Source: Lytechinus pictus
Lineage: Eukaryota
Direction: 5' to 3'
Length of the DNA: 64,000 bases
Assembly: GCF_037042905.1 (NCBI RefSeq)
Contig: NC_087250.1
Coordinates: 19,842,001 to 19,906,000, forward strand
The notes below the pieces were generated by a model. The model worked only from the letters and a program-made list of their open reading frames with translations. It was not told the DNA's origin and ran no database searches. Both the position numbers and the translations under genes were made by a program. Positions 13,170-26,237 of the stretch are shown here, piece by piece (the first letter of the stretch is position 1; each line of letters opens with the position of its first letter).

Positions 13170-15295
13170 ATGGTAAGTTGAATGAGATTTAATATATTTT
13201 TATTAGTCATTGTGAATTTGATGACAGAAACTTTCAAAACTATCTGCATCATAACGGGTCATTTCTAAAATTTAGACTTTTCAATATTGTATTTGTTGTT
13301 TGGAAAAATTATTGTATGGTCGAATTTTGCAGATTTCGCCTGGCCTGTGTGGCGTTCCAACTAAAAACTTAGTGAAATATTGGGCATGAAGATGCCTGGC
13401 ATATTATTTTGTCACATAACAGCATAATGAGGAAAATTTATCAAAAGTTTTTCGGAAAATACGAGCGAGCAAAATTTTCTGACTGTTTACTACAAAAATC
13501 TTTTTAGATAGATTTTGACACTAAATATTGGGAAATTAATGTACATTTTACTCTTCCCTCTCCATTTTCTTTCTTGTCTTGATCGTGAAAACTTTTTTTA
13601 CGGGGGGGGGGGGGGGGCTGACCCCGAGCTGCACTCATCACCACTGATCAGTTAATCGATGATCTGCAACTTTTTGAGGGGACAAGGTGATCTGAAATAT
13701 GGCCTCATATTTTCAATTATAAGAGGGTTAAACATGGAAAACATGGAGTTACGCACTGCAAAAACTCCGGTGTTGATATATAACACCAACCCGGAATCTA
13801 TATCGTTTCCTGATAAGTGTTAAACAACATCAGTTTCGTTTTGGTCTAACACCAGAAAGGTGTTTATACAACACCAATTAGTAAGACAGCATCGGTTTGA
13901 TTCCAAACTGGTGCTGTTTCAACACTTCCCTGGTGTGGACATAAATACATTCCGGGCTGGTGTTAAATCAACACCGAAGTTTTTGCAGTGCACGACTTGG
14001 ACCGTCTCTTTTAAACCTCATTAGCCCTATTCTTTTTATATATTTTTTTTTGGGGGGGTGGGGGTCTCCACCGGACTGGGTCACCCCTTAACACTAATGA
14101 GGTTCTCTATAAATTCGCCGATATTAAAATATCGCTATTCAAACATGCAGCTTCCTTATATCAAGAAGGGCGGCTCTTCATAAGGCTGAAAGTTTCGTTT
14201 TTCATCCGAGTGCCCATTTATCACAAAATTAATAACCAGCTCTTTTCAGACATTGCAGTCACGATCGATGATCAATGATGTCGCTTCAACAAAGTGAAGA
14301 ATGGAATCCAGAATCGAAACTCATTTTAAACTTTGTTCATATATTTATACTGCTTTGACGAAAGAAAAGCTCAAGCGCCTTTATTTGCACCGCTTCTTTC
14401 ATTTATTTCTTTATTTCTTCCATAATATGATTACATTTCTTTACTCGATTTTTTTACAAGTAAAATATACCATTTTAGTGTTTACAAGGAACAATCAAAG
14501 TAAAAAAAATATGGGGCTATTTCTTCAATAGCATTTGAGGGTAATGGAGGGGGCTGCAAAAATTAAAACTAGACTAATAACGCACTTCCTTTTTCATCAT
14601 TACTTTTCTCAAATTATGATTAAACGATCGTCCTCAAGCCCATGCAAAGTAAGCCATACGCGGAATGAATTCGGGGTCGGGTGAAAAAAAGAGAAAATAA
14701 TGGGGCTATTATTTTCTTCAATAGCATATAGGGGTTAATTCAAGGGGGTTTGCAAAAATCCGAGAAAAAAAAACTAGACTAAAAAGGCACCTTTTTTCAT
14801 CATTACTTTTCTCAAATGAAACCACGTATACGCGAAATATATTCCGTGTCGAGGGGATTAATTTTAAACACGTTAAATAAAGGGTTGGCGAAATAAGGTT
14901 GGTTGTTGCACGGGACCCTCCCATTGCACACCCTTCCCCCATTCGATGCCATTATCTCGCACGCACCTTGTAATACTATTTGTCTTTGTGATAGATGTAC
15001 GTACCAGACGATGATTAAAGAAATTAATCCTTAAGTGTCTGTTAATTATTCACCAACCCCACCTCCAGATGTACATGTGTGGTGAACACGTGATGATAAG
15101 ATGTCTAACCACGCTACCAATTTATTATAGAAATGAAAATAATTATGACCCGATTTTTGTCGAGACTATGTCGTGTGTGTGTATGGGGGGCACCCTTCTG
15201 TCTATATACTACCAAATTAAAAAAAATATATATATATTTACAGAAAGCAAAACTGCAAGCACATAATTTGTGTAATCATTATAAGTTTTAAATGC

Positions 15296-15364
<69 letters not shown>

Positions 15365-18300
15365 TTAGATGTGTAGATGCCGATGATTGTGCAAAGTGCT
15401 CAATGCTGTATAAAGCAGAGCATATATTCAATATATTTAAAAAGATTTTGTATTAAAATTTTGCTCGCTCGTTTTTTCCCAGAAACTTTTGATAAATTTT
15501 TCCTCATTATCCTGAGGCTGTTATATATATATATATAAATATATATACATACATATATTGTATTACAACATTTTTATTTTATTTTATTTTTAGGAAGAAC
15601 ACTCTTGTTTTAATTTATATCAAGAAATTGAAGAAAATGTACAAAAATGGAATGCTATTTTGGATCAGTATACTTATCACTTATATATCTATCTATCTAT
15701 ATATTTATCTATCTCTATATATATATTTCATGTCTGTCTACATGTTATATCTTTCCCTTTATTATTTTCAATCTATTCGAACACGTTTAACTTCAAAATT
15801 TCCTTTCGAATCGTCAAATGAGTGAAGAATGCGTGCAGATGAATCATCCGTCAGTTTATAAAATATTGAACCAAATATAAGGGCGGCATAGGGGACACTC
15901 TAAAAAATATTGGGTTAAAATGATCCATAAGGGTAACATTCGGGCATTTCTTTTGGGTATTTTTTTATTTATCCAGTGTGATGAAAATCTTGCCCATTCT
16001 AAAGTAATTGCTGCTTATTTTTCAACCTTATACTGGACAATTTGCTTCCCGCATTGTGTAAAATACTGCCCCAAATTGGTTGGACACATAATTATCCTCG
16101 TGGTGGTTAAAATTTTACCCAATCCTTTTGAACAGTGTATTACATTTCAAGTAGTGAAACATAAAAGAAGGAGGGGAAAAACGAGGCAGAAATGGGGCAA
16201 AAGAAGGAAATGTAAAGTATAAAAATGAGAGGGATTACCTCTGTTGTGCAACTGAGAAAATACATATACATTTAAGTATTTGTCTCCCATCTAAATGCTC
16301 TAGCATCACCCCTGCTGATATGTAAAACGATTAAACATTGAGATCAGTTGCGTAACGAACCAATATTTTGAAGGAGTCAGCCATGGCATCGGGTGAAAAT
16401 ATTTCGACATCTTTATTACAAAAATCCATTGTGTTAGATTTTGACATTTTAAGAAAATAATAGAATACTTCTCTTTTCTCTCTCTCTTTCATTTTCTCAC
16501 CTTTTTTTCTTGGTCGTGAGTTTTTTTTTTTTTTTTTTTTTTTGGGGGGGGGGGGGGAAGGCAAGCTCCCCAAAGCCCCCACCTGTGTGCGACTGATTAG
16601 GATCTTGGGGAGATTTGGCGTAGGCTGCTAATGGCTCCCATGAGCAAATATGGTTATGATTACTGGCGGAGGTAATTGGACAACCACGGTTGATAAATCA
16701 CTCCATTAGCACGCATTCTCTGCCCAGCTCTCTGTAAGGAGAGAAAAAAGTAAAATATATTGCAAATCAATTTCACTAAAAACAATAATTTCTTAATCAA
16801 TCTACTACATCCATATACATTTCATTGCTCATTACCTTTCTTGATGGTTTATTATAGCGACATGATCAAAATAATCTTACGTACATTATATCTGGGCCTT
16901 AGGCTAAAATAAATTCTTATTTCTATTTTCTCCTTTTTTAGGTTCTTGAGAAGCTTACTGACGAACAAATGGCACGTGAGTGGATTTTTATTGTTTCAAA
17001 ATTGTGTATTATCTCGAAATATAAATTATATTGACACCGACCTGTCGGTTTCAGTAGCCTTTAACTGTTATTGCCTATTTGTTTTTGTAACAAGTTTTAT
17101 GAAATTGACACCAATTTAAAATCAAACTAATGTTGTTTTAACATTTATTCGGTGTTTGACTTAAATTTGATATTAGACTTCTTTTTCTCTCTAACATCTT
17201 TAACGAAAGTAAACATTTCTTGAATTGAATTCGATATACTTGTATTTTTTCTCTTTATTATGAAATAAACGGGTTTTTTTAATTGCATATGTTACTTTTT
17301 TTCTCTTTTTAACGAAATGATTTTCTTATTCAATTGGATATGCTTTTTCTCTTTGTAATGACAATAAATGTTAACTGAAATTAGGTATGTGTTTTTCTCT
17401 TTGTAACGAATTGAGCAGTAACTGTGAATTTCTCTCTGTATCGAAAAAAAAATCATTTTCTTGAAAAGGATATGTGATTTCTCTCTCTAACAAAAATAAA
17501 TATTTTTTTGAGTTCGATATGTATTTTCTCTTTGAACCGAAAAGAAACATTTTTAAATCAAATCTTGGTTTTCCCTCCCTAGGCTTCAAGGAAGCTTTTG
17601 CCGTGTTTGATAAGAACGGAGATGGAACCATAACATGTGCAGAGTTGGGCGAGGCATTGAAATCAGCTGGCTGGACCGTACCTGATGAAGAAATCAAGGA
17701 ATTAATCAAACAAGTTGATTTAGATGGTAAGAATATATAATTCGAGGAAAAACACATATATATATATAATATAGTGCTGAATACGTTATTGGGGATGAAT
17801 AGATTGTGACGCTAATATTGATTGAGGCCAGGGGCGTAATGTGCCAAAAATTTGAGAGGGGTAGATATGGCGTACCGGGCAAAATCTGCGAGAGAGCGAA
17901 GGGAGCCAGCCGAAATTTTGACATTTTTATTACAAATGTCACATTTTGTAATAATATTCAGAAAATAATATCATATTTCACCCTTCTCTGTTTCAATTAT
18001 TTCCCTTTCTCTTTTTTTTTGGTCGTGTGTTTTTTTTTTTTTGGGGGGGAGGGGGAGCGACCCAAGCCCCTATTTGTACGCCACTGATTAAGACAGTATA
18101 GTGCAAAGCTTTATATTAATTAATTGCTTAATTTATTGTAGAGTGCTTATAATTTTTTGTAGAGAATTTTAGGAACTACATAAGGATATATAATGATAAT
18201 TATCATTATTTCTTCATTTTGAGTTTTAACCCCAAGCTCCAAATACCAATAATCGGTATTTTGAGGCAAATGGCCTGTATTTACCATATTGTTGAACATT

Positions 18301-20548
18301 GAATTTTGTGAAGGTCAGCTCACATGTACATAAAGTGGCTAATGAGGACATGCCTAATGTAAATAAACCTATAGGATTCATGTATGTATATACATGAATA
18401 TTCTTGCCTATAGAATAATACAAACACCCAAGCAAAGACAGAACGGAGTTCAATAACATGGCCTCTTAAACCAGTATACAATATGTTGCGTGACATGAGG
18501 GTAGGCAGATTTAACCATACGGTACCATACGGTATCGTAGTCTTCTCATACACTTCTAAAATATCACATTTCATTATCTAGTTTCTCAGCATTTTATAGT
18601 ACAGTACAAGCTATATGGAGGGAAGATGTTTTTTAAGACAATAGAAATGTGTGTATGACTTTTGTGCCCAAATATTAAAAACAAATTGTCCACTTTTGAT
18701 AACTTATACACTTGTCAATTAGTATATTCGACGTTGATAACATAAATTCTTTGTATAATCTAAATTCGCACCTGCACCATCTTCTTTCTTATTTTTAGAC
18801 ATCTCCTCTTTTGACGTTTTAATTTGAAGCTCGAAATTAAATTAAGCCTGGCTTTTATAAATATATATATATTGTAAATCACAATTCGAACATTATTCAT
18901 ATCGGCATTCACTGGTATATCGTTTACGAATTGATATTTAAAAAAAAGAAATGTTTTCAGGCTTGCCCCATCGCCTGAGGAAATTGAGGATTGAGACTTT
19001 CATTCCCCCGATCTAAAAATCATTTATGACCAACAATCGTGGCCAAGATCGAAAAAAATATACCTATATCATATTTAAAACAAGACACGATTATGGCTTC
19101 GTCGTAAATAACGTCATTCGTTGGGTAGGCCCATAGTAGTTCATGAAATTACTTCTTTTTTTCGTTGCAAGAATGAAAGAATATGTTTGTCCTTAAATAA
19201 TCATCCAGTTGGACGGATGAGTTGGACATTTAAGACCTTTTTGATTACTTCATTAAGGTATTTTCGTAGACGCTCTCTGGAACGTTTAGAATCTATTGAA
19301 AATGCTCGTCAAATCCCATGAAAATAATTAGAGGACATTGTCGAAAGTTCGTGGACCGGGACAGAACATCGTCGTAAGATTCGGAACGGACGGGAAATCC
19401 GATTTTGGAACAAATCGCATTTTACTCATTTTCTTAAAATGTGAATGGAACATAATAATCATTTGATTTGAGGTTAAAATTAATTGAAAGAATACTAATA
19501 TATCAATTTTGAAAGATTGCAAGCCTTTATTTTTGGAGTAAAGTCCACATTAGTTTCAAATCGTAGCCAATCGTAAGACTGCTATGACGTCATTACTACT
19601 AGATATTAAATTTGCTTTTATTCTATGAAGGATGATAGCATAGTCACAGGTTTGAATATATGTATTCGTAAGATGATTTAGAACATTACACAGTAAGATA
19701 TTCCAAGTCTCAATATTATCATCAAATTCTACTACATTTTATTCTGAAATTGGGTCGCAGACCAATCGTAAGGTGTGCGGTCGCCTTAATGGTTTCGAAA
19801 ATGCCCTAATAACACAATGATGTCCTTTCTTCGTCAAAGGAAATGGATCAGTCAGCTTCGATGAGTTCGTGAAAGTGGTCGTCCAGGCTCTTCAGAGGTT
19901 AGAGGCCGAGGTTCGAGCTGCATTCCAGGCTATGGATAAGGATGGCAGCGGTTCACTGAGGTAACAGAAAAAAAAATTGTTGAAGGACACCATACCAATA
20001 ATGATACTTTTTCTAAGAAAAAAATATTTCAGCTTGTACAATTACGAAAATTGCTTTAAAGAAGAAAATCGAGAAAAAAATAAATGCTTTTTTCAATTTT
20101 CATTTGTTTATTATTTTGTCTACTTTTTCTCATCATATTTTTTCAATTAATTTCTTTGAATTGTGTATAATGTATCTTCTTAAAAATGTATATTTCAGAT
20201 CCTTTAGTATTTTTTCCATTCAGTCAATCAATCATTAATCAATTAATAAAAGAATCAATTCATCAAACAATTGATAGCAAATTGACACATATTCTATCAT
20301 TTCATTAATTCATAAACATACAATGAATTCAATCAATTCAATCTATAAACATAATAGTGCAGTCAATGATTTTTCTTCAATGAGGCATCCAACCAATCAG
20401 TACACAATGTGTTCGATCTATTAATCAACCAATCAATTGATACAAATATTTGTTAAGCATTCAATCAATCAACAAGCATATATTGCAAACAATTAATATA
20501 TTTTCTTTCCAATCATGATCAGGCATTCAATGAAAGCACATATTGTTA

Positions 20549-20594
<46 letters not shown>

Positions 20595-20908
20595 CCAAAC
20601 AACAAATTAATCAGATAATTAATCTTTTAATCAAAAAGTCAATCTGTCAGTCAGTAGTATTGATTAATTGTAATCAATCAAACATCTAACCATTCAATCA
20701 ACAAATCAATCAATATTAATCAACCAACCGACTAACCAACCAATCAATCAATCAATTAATCAATAAATCAAACATCTAACCAATCAATCAATCAACAAAT
20801 CAAACTACCAACCAATTAATCAACCAATCAATCGATCAACAAATCAAACAACAAATCAATCAATCAATCAACCAATAAATCAATCAACCAATCAATCAAT
20901 CAACCAAT

Positions 20909-20943
<35 letters not shown>

Positions 20944-20990
20944 CCAATCAATCAACCAACCAACCAATCAATCAATCAACAAATCAAACT

Positions 20991-21035
<45 letters not shown>

Positions 21036-22304
21036 GCACCAAATCAAACAACCAACCAATCAATCAATTAATCAATCAATCAATCAATAAATCCATTTAA
21101 TCAATCAGTCAGTCAGTCAATAAACCAATCAATCATCCAATCAACCGACCAGTCAGTCATTCAATCAATCAATCAACCAACCACTCTAACCAACCATTCA
21201 TTAACCAGTCAATCAATCAATATTATCAATCTAGCAATCAACTAATCTAGCAATCAATTAACCAATCAATCAATCAATCAATCAATCAAACAACCACTCA
21301 GCCAAACGGCTAATCATTCTATCAACCAACCAATAAACCAATCAATCAGTCAATCAATTAACCAATCAACTACCCAGTAATTTCTATCTTAAATTTGATT
21401 GCTAGCCATGATGAGGTCAAACAGGTCTTTGCTGACTTCGGTGAGAAGCTGAGTGACAAGGATGTCGATGCATTGATCAAGGAAGCTGACAAAGATGGTG
21501 ACGGAACAGTAAATTATGATGGTGAGTCTTTCTTTACACCCTAACAGATAAGGGATTGGTCAAAATAATCAACGTATTGCTGAATGAATATCATGTGTCC
21601 GACTCCGACCTGCAAAAATGGTCAGAATCAATCGATTTATTTTCTTTTTGAAATACTACATGGGAATCATGATGTATATGTATATTCAGGGTTTCCTTTT
21701 ATGCAGTCATCAAAGACACATGCAGGTAACAATGTTGGGACCTCAAAATCTCACAGTTTTACAAAAAATCCATTCAACGTTTTAAATTCATTTTAGTATG
21801 AGTCAATTAAGTTTGATAACAGATATGACAGGAGCTTGCTAACTAGAACAACCTTAAACAAAATTCCCAAAGTGAAACGGTGTTATGGCATCCTGCTTAT
21901 TCATCTTCTCAGATCCTGAATGTGTAATGTTTGGAGAAATGTATGTTCCCAATGATAATTTAAAAGATTCTGTCATAAACTTCTTCATGAATAAAATAGA
22001 TTTTTTATAAATAGTATTCTTCACGCACATCTATCTTTTATCGTAAAATTTGAGTACAGAGATAACAGATTCAAAGAGATTGATAACAATAGTATAAGAC
22101 CACAATTGATAACAACAATAGTAAAAGAAAATTATCATTCCATTGATAATAAAAAAGAAAAACACAATTAATTTCTTTATCATTGAATAGGCATTTGTAT
22201 CATTATTCAAAATGAATTGACAGTTAACGTTATATTAATTCTTCTTCTTCTTCTCAAATCTAATTATTCTTTTAACAGAATTCGTTGCGATGCTGTTGAA
22301 GTAA
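13170..22304 (+). CDS. Calmodulin-like 4-EF-hand protein, 147 aa; join(13170..13172,16942..16975,17583..17726,19840..19960,21406..21521,22279..22304)
   Basis: All introns are GT-AG with compatible phases; 444 nt ending in TAA. Protein: MVLEKLTDEQMARFKEAFAVFDKNGDGTITCAELGEALKSAGWTVPDEEIKELIKQVDLDGNGSVSFDEFVKVVVQALQRLEAEVRAAFQAMDKDGSGSLSHDEVKQVFADFGEKLSDKDVDALIKEADKDGDGTVNYDEFVAMLLK. Four canonical 12-residue loops. The ATG-only first coding exon (caatcATG|gtaagt) is the least certain part. Confidence 0.92.
13754..13990. mobile_element. CACTG-terminal (CMC-like) MITE in intron 1 of the calmodulin-like gene
   Basis: TIR CACTGCAAAAACT(C/T)CGGTGTTGAT; internal AACACC repeats. Confidence 0.8.
15299..15362. 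repeat. (AT)n microsatellite
   Basis: Uninterrupted TA run of about 32 units. Confidence 0.97.
16942..16975 (+). CDS. Calmodulin-like gene, coding exon 2 (VLEKLTDEQMA)
   Basis: Acceptor ttctccttttttAG, donor GTGAGT; homologous to calmodulin ADQLTEEQIA. Confidence 0.88.
17583..17726 (+). CDS. Calmodulin-like gene, exon 3 (EF1 and start of EF2)
   Basis: 144-nt exon, acceptor ccctccctAG, donor GTAAG; encodes DKNGDGTITCAE. Confidence 0.95.
17829..18086. mobile_element. Degenerate hAT-like MITE in intron 3
   Basis: CAGGGGCGTA ... TACGCCACTG; flanks ATTGAGGC / ATTAAGAC (6/8 match). Confidence 0.6.
19840..19960 (+). CDS. Calmodulin-like gene, exon 4 (EF2, linker, start of EF3)
   Basis: Encodes NGSVSFDEF...MDKDGSGSL; AG/GT boundaries. 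Confidence 0.93.
20550..21370 (+). repeat. Degenerate (AATC)n/(AACC)n tetranucleotide satellite in intron 4
   Basis: Directly visible; more degenerate copies extend back to about 20220. Confidence 0.95.
21406..21521 (+). CDS. Calmodulin-like gene, exon 5 (end of EF3, EF4)
   Basis: Encodes HDEVKQVFADFGEKLSDKDVDALIKEADKDGDGTVNYD; donor GTGAGT. Confidence 0.93.
22279..22304 (+). CDS. Calmodulin-like gene, last coding exon (EFVAMLLK*)
   Basis: Acceptor ttcttttaacAG; homologous to the calmodulin C-terminus EFVQMMTAK. Candidate poly(A) signal ATTAAA at about 22424. Confidence 0.92.
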
Positions 22305-23913
22305 ACTCAGCCCGATCAACTATCATCATCTTCATAATGTGGCGATATTGTCTTCATTCCAGTGTAATACATTTTCTATTTTGATACATCTTAAGTTATT
22401 ATTTAGAAGTAAATACAGTGAATATTAAAACAAACATGCCCGGTGCGTATACGCCAACCCATTCAGTTACGTCATCGGCCATTCACCATGTTCACTGAGC
22501 TCGATCGTCATCCTCGGGCCGAGAGTCTGGCCAATCAGCGTTACGATTCTGGGGTACTCGTGCTATTCCGTTTACTTCTGTTTTTAGTTAATACACAGCA
22601 CTTGGAGCTTACTCGTTGTTTTTTTCTAAATAGGAATTAGTAAATGAAACCATATTGTCCTGTGATAGTGATGATATTGAAAAGTGCAGACAGTCGGACA
22701 TCCATTCGACCATCTTTTTAATACATCTACACTGTTAATAAAAATAATATAAACGACGCTGTTTACTACGTGAATCGCATAGTAGTTTAAACAATTTTAA
22801 CAAGTGTTTAAAATCTTAAACAACAAATTCAAATATTTAATTATCAATGATGTAAGCATGGTTGTTTAAGATTTTAAACACTTGTTTAAACTGTTTAAAC
22901 AACTAATGTGCGATTCACATCGTGAACAGAGTTGTTTAAATTATTTTAACAGTGATAAATACTGTCCAGGGCAAGTTCACCGACCATCAATTATTTTGCA
23001 GCTCAAACTAAAACACTATCCTCTCGCCAGCCTGCTCACTGACGAAATGGCCATGCGGCCCATTTACTGAAAATAAAATCCGTCGATTACCTTTTCGTGG
23101 TCACCATCTTAAAGCTTTAAGGTAACTTGTGTGGGCAAACTCTACATATCAAATCAAATATTGTTTTAACTCTGTGATCTCTAACCTAATTTTCATTGTT
23201 GAATTCCATTCAAGGAAAGAATATATAGATTTGTGGCCTTTGTGAATACAATTAATGTCTGTGAAAATGTGAATAAATGATAAAGATAAGGTAATTGTGT
23301 GACTACTGTTTCATTCTGTGCAGTTTGAAATTCCCTTTACACATGGGTTTTACCGCCTGAACACGTGTGGTTACTCTATATCCAAATGTGCATACCCAAT
23401 TCTCCACAACATCATGGTAATGATTTAACCATTATGGATTAAGGAAATTTGCAGCCACCCCTATTTTTCCCAAAGTTAGTAGAATTGGTCTTAATTGAAA
23501 ATACAAAACAATGTTTTTTCATTGATAAAGCCCCTCCCCCCCCCCCCGTGTTCCTAGTATTTCATCCTTTAAAATAATAAACTAGTGGTGGTATTAATTA
23601 GCAAATGCAATGTAAAAGATCTGTATTAGCTCACATTAACAAAATAAAATCAATTTTTTGTGCAATTAATCAAGCACAGATTTGCCCACGAATAATTAAA
23701 TCTCTTTTCCCAATTATATCAAAAGCTTAAACACTTTGACCACGAATGAATGCATGTATGAGAACAAGACTTATTTTAAAAATCGCGTACATCATACTCT
23801 CGATAATAAAAAGAAATGCACCATTTTTACGCCAAAAAAGAACGTTAATTTTAATGCAAAAATGAAAATTCGTAGAAACACGTACCTTTGAAAGTAACAA
23901 CACCAGACTCTCA

Positions 23914-24229
23914 GGCCCGTATTCTGAAGTCGGGTTTAACTTAGACCATGGTCTAACTCTGTGTTAAAATGTTGGGAAGCCAAATGTTTCAAAATTTTGT
24001 TTACAGTAAATGCTTCTCATGTTTACTGCATGTGCTCTTTACTAATTCTTTCATGGTGAAGACAACTGTCATACTTATCCTTCCCAGGCAGTTAATAATG
24101 TTTTGGGAGTCAAATGAGCTGATACATTGAACCTCTACTGTTATAGATTTATGTAACAACTGGCTTTCCATAGTTAAACCACAACTTAAAACCAGAGTTT
24201 AAATTAAACCCGACTTTAGAATACGGGCC
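23914..24229. mobile_element. PIF/Harbinger-like MITE with 3-bp TSD TCA (duplicated copy at 27104-27419)
   Basis: TIR GGCCCGTATTCT(G/A)AAGTCGGGTTTAA; TCA on both sides. Confidence 0.85.
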
Positions 24230-24924
24230 TCAATATCTCATAGGGTTAGAGTAAGGACGGCAATAGAGCTTTTGGTTCAGAACATTGTAAAGATTCAACG
24301 GAGTAATTGTCACCGGAGCCCCGGGCGGGAGAAAATGTCATATGGGACCCAGGGCCTTCGGAACGATTTTAATGGGGGTGCTGATGTAAATTTGAAAAGG
24401 AAAAAAAAAGAAAAGAGAAAGGTTCTCAATACGAAATGAAGGCGATTTTCTTAAAGAAAAAAATTAAAAAGCCCCCCCCCCAAAAAAAAAAAAGAATGGG
24501 GGGGGGGGTTCTTAGGTTACAAAATTGAGGTCATTTCCGTCCGAGAAATTTGAAAAGCAAAAGAAAAAAGTTTTAACCACAATATGTAGGTCATTTTGGT
24601 TCCGAGAAATTTTAAAAGCAAAAAAAATTTAAAAAAGTTTTTCACGACAAAATGATGGTCATTTTCATTTATATTTTCCCCTTTTTTCACATCTTCAGTA
24701 ATTTAAGGGGGTGCTGCTGCCTATGAAGAATTATACACGCAGCACCCCTCTTCCCAGGGACACGATGGAACCCCTCAAATTAACGAAGCTTTGAATAAGA
24801 TATGACGGGCCTATATGATATTCACCCTCTACATAAGGTTTGGGTATTTACTTGGATAGAGGATTGGTGGAGAGATGTGTGGGTGGGGGTGGGGTATGCG
24901 CATGATATGGGCCGAGGGGGGGGG

Positions 24925-26237
24925 GGGTATGTGAGGATGTGTCATGAGAGAAATGAGGGAAGAGAGAGAGAGAGAGAGAGTGAGAGGGGGGGTATGTGAG
25001 GATGTGTATATGTCATGAGAGAAATGAGGGGGGAGAGATAGAGAGGGGGAGAGAGAGTGAGAGGGGGGTATGTGAGGATGTGTATATGTCATGAGAGAAA
25101 TGAGTGGGGGGGGGAGAGAATGAGAGGGGGGTATGTGAGGATGTGTATATGTCATGAGAGAAATGAGGGGGAGAGAGAGAGAGTGAGAGGGGGGTATGTG
25201 AGGATGTGTATATGTCATGAGAGAAATGAGGGGGGAGAGATAGAGAGGGGGAGAGAGAGTGAGAGGGGGGTATGTGAGGATGTGTATATGTCATGAGAGA
25301 AATGAGGGGGGAGAGATAGAGAGGGGGAGAGAGAGTGAGAGGGGGGTATGTGAGGATGTGTATATGTCATGAGAGAAATGAGGGGAGAGAGAGGGAGAGG
25401 GGGAGAGAGAGTGAGAGGGGGGTATGTGAGGATGTGTATATGTCATGAGAGAAATGAGGGGGGAGAGATAGAGAGGGGGAGAGAGAGTGAGAGGGGGGTA
25501 TGTGAGGATGTGTATATGTCATGAGAGAAATGAGGGGAGAGAGAGGGAGAGGGGGAGAGAGAGTGAGAGGGGGGTATGTGAGGATGTGTATATGTCATGA
25601 GAGAAATGAGGGGAGAGAGAGGGAGAGGGGGAGAGAGAGTGAGAGGGGGGTATGTGAGGATGTGTATATGTCATGAGAGAAATGAGTGGGGGGGGGGAGA
25701 GAATGAGAGGGGGGTATGTGAGGATGTGTATATGTCATGAGAGAAATGAGGGGGGAGAGATAGAGAGGGGGAGAGAGAGTGAGAGGGGGGTATGTGAGGA
25801 TGTGTATATGTCATGAGAGAAATGAGTGGGGGGGGGGGGGAGAGAATGAGAGGGGGGTATGTGAGGATGTGTATATGTCATGAGAGAAATGAGGGGGAGA
25901 GAGAGAGAGTGAGAGGGGGGTATGTGAGGATGTGTATATGTCATGAGAGAAATGAGGGGGGAGAGATAGAGAGGGGGAGAGAGAGTGAGAGGGGGGTATG
26001 TGAGGATGTGTATATGTCATGAGAGAAATGAGGGGAGAGAGAGGGAGAGGGGGAGAGAGAGTGAGAGGGGGTATGTGAGGATGTGTATATGTCATGAGAG
26101 AAATGAGGGGAGAGAGAGGGAGAGGGGGAGAGAGAGTGAGAGGGGGGTATGTGAGGATGTGTATATGTCATGAGAGAAATGAGGGGGGAGAGATAGAGAG
26201 GGGGAGAGAGAGTGAGAGGGGGGTATGTGAGGATGTG
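24925..26237 (+). repeat. Purine-rich minisatellite, unit about 64-76 bp
   Basis: Core GTATGTGAGGATGTGTATATGTCATGAGAGAAATGAG followed by a variable GA/G tract. Confidence 0.97.

Noticed and set aside
13170..22304. Naming the gene calmodulin, Spec1 or LpS1
   Set aside because: Too divergent for true calmodulin; LpS1 has eight EF-hands; Spec orthology cannot be established without a phylogeny.
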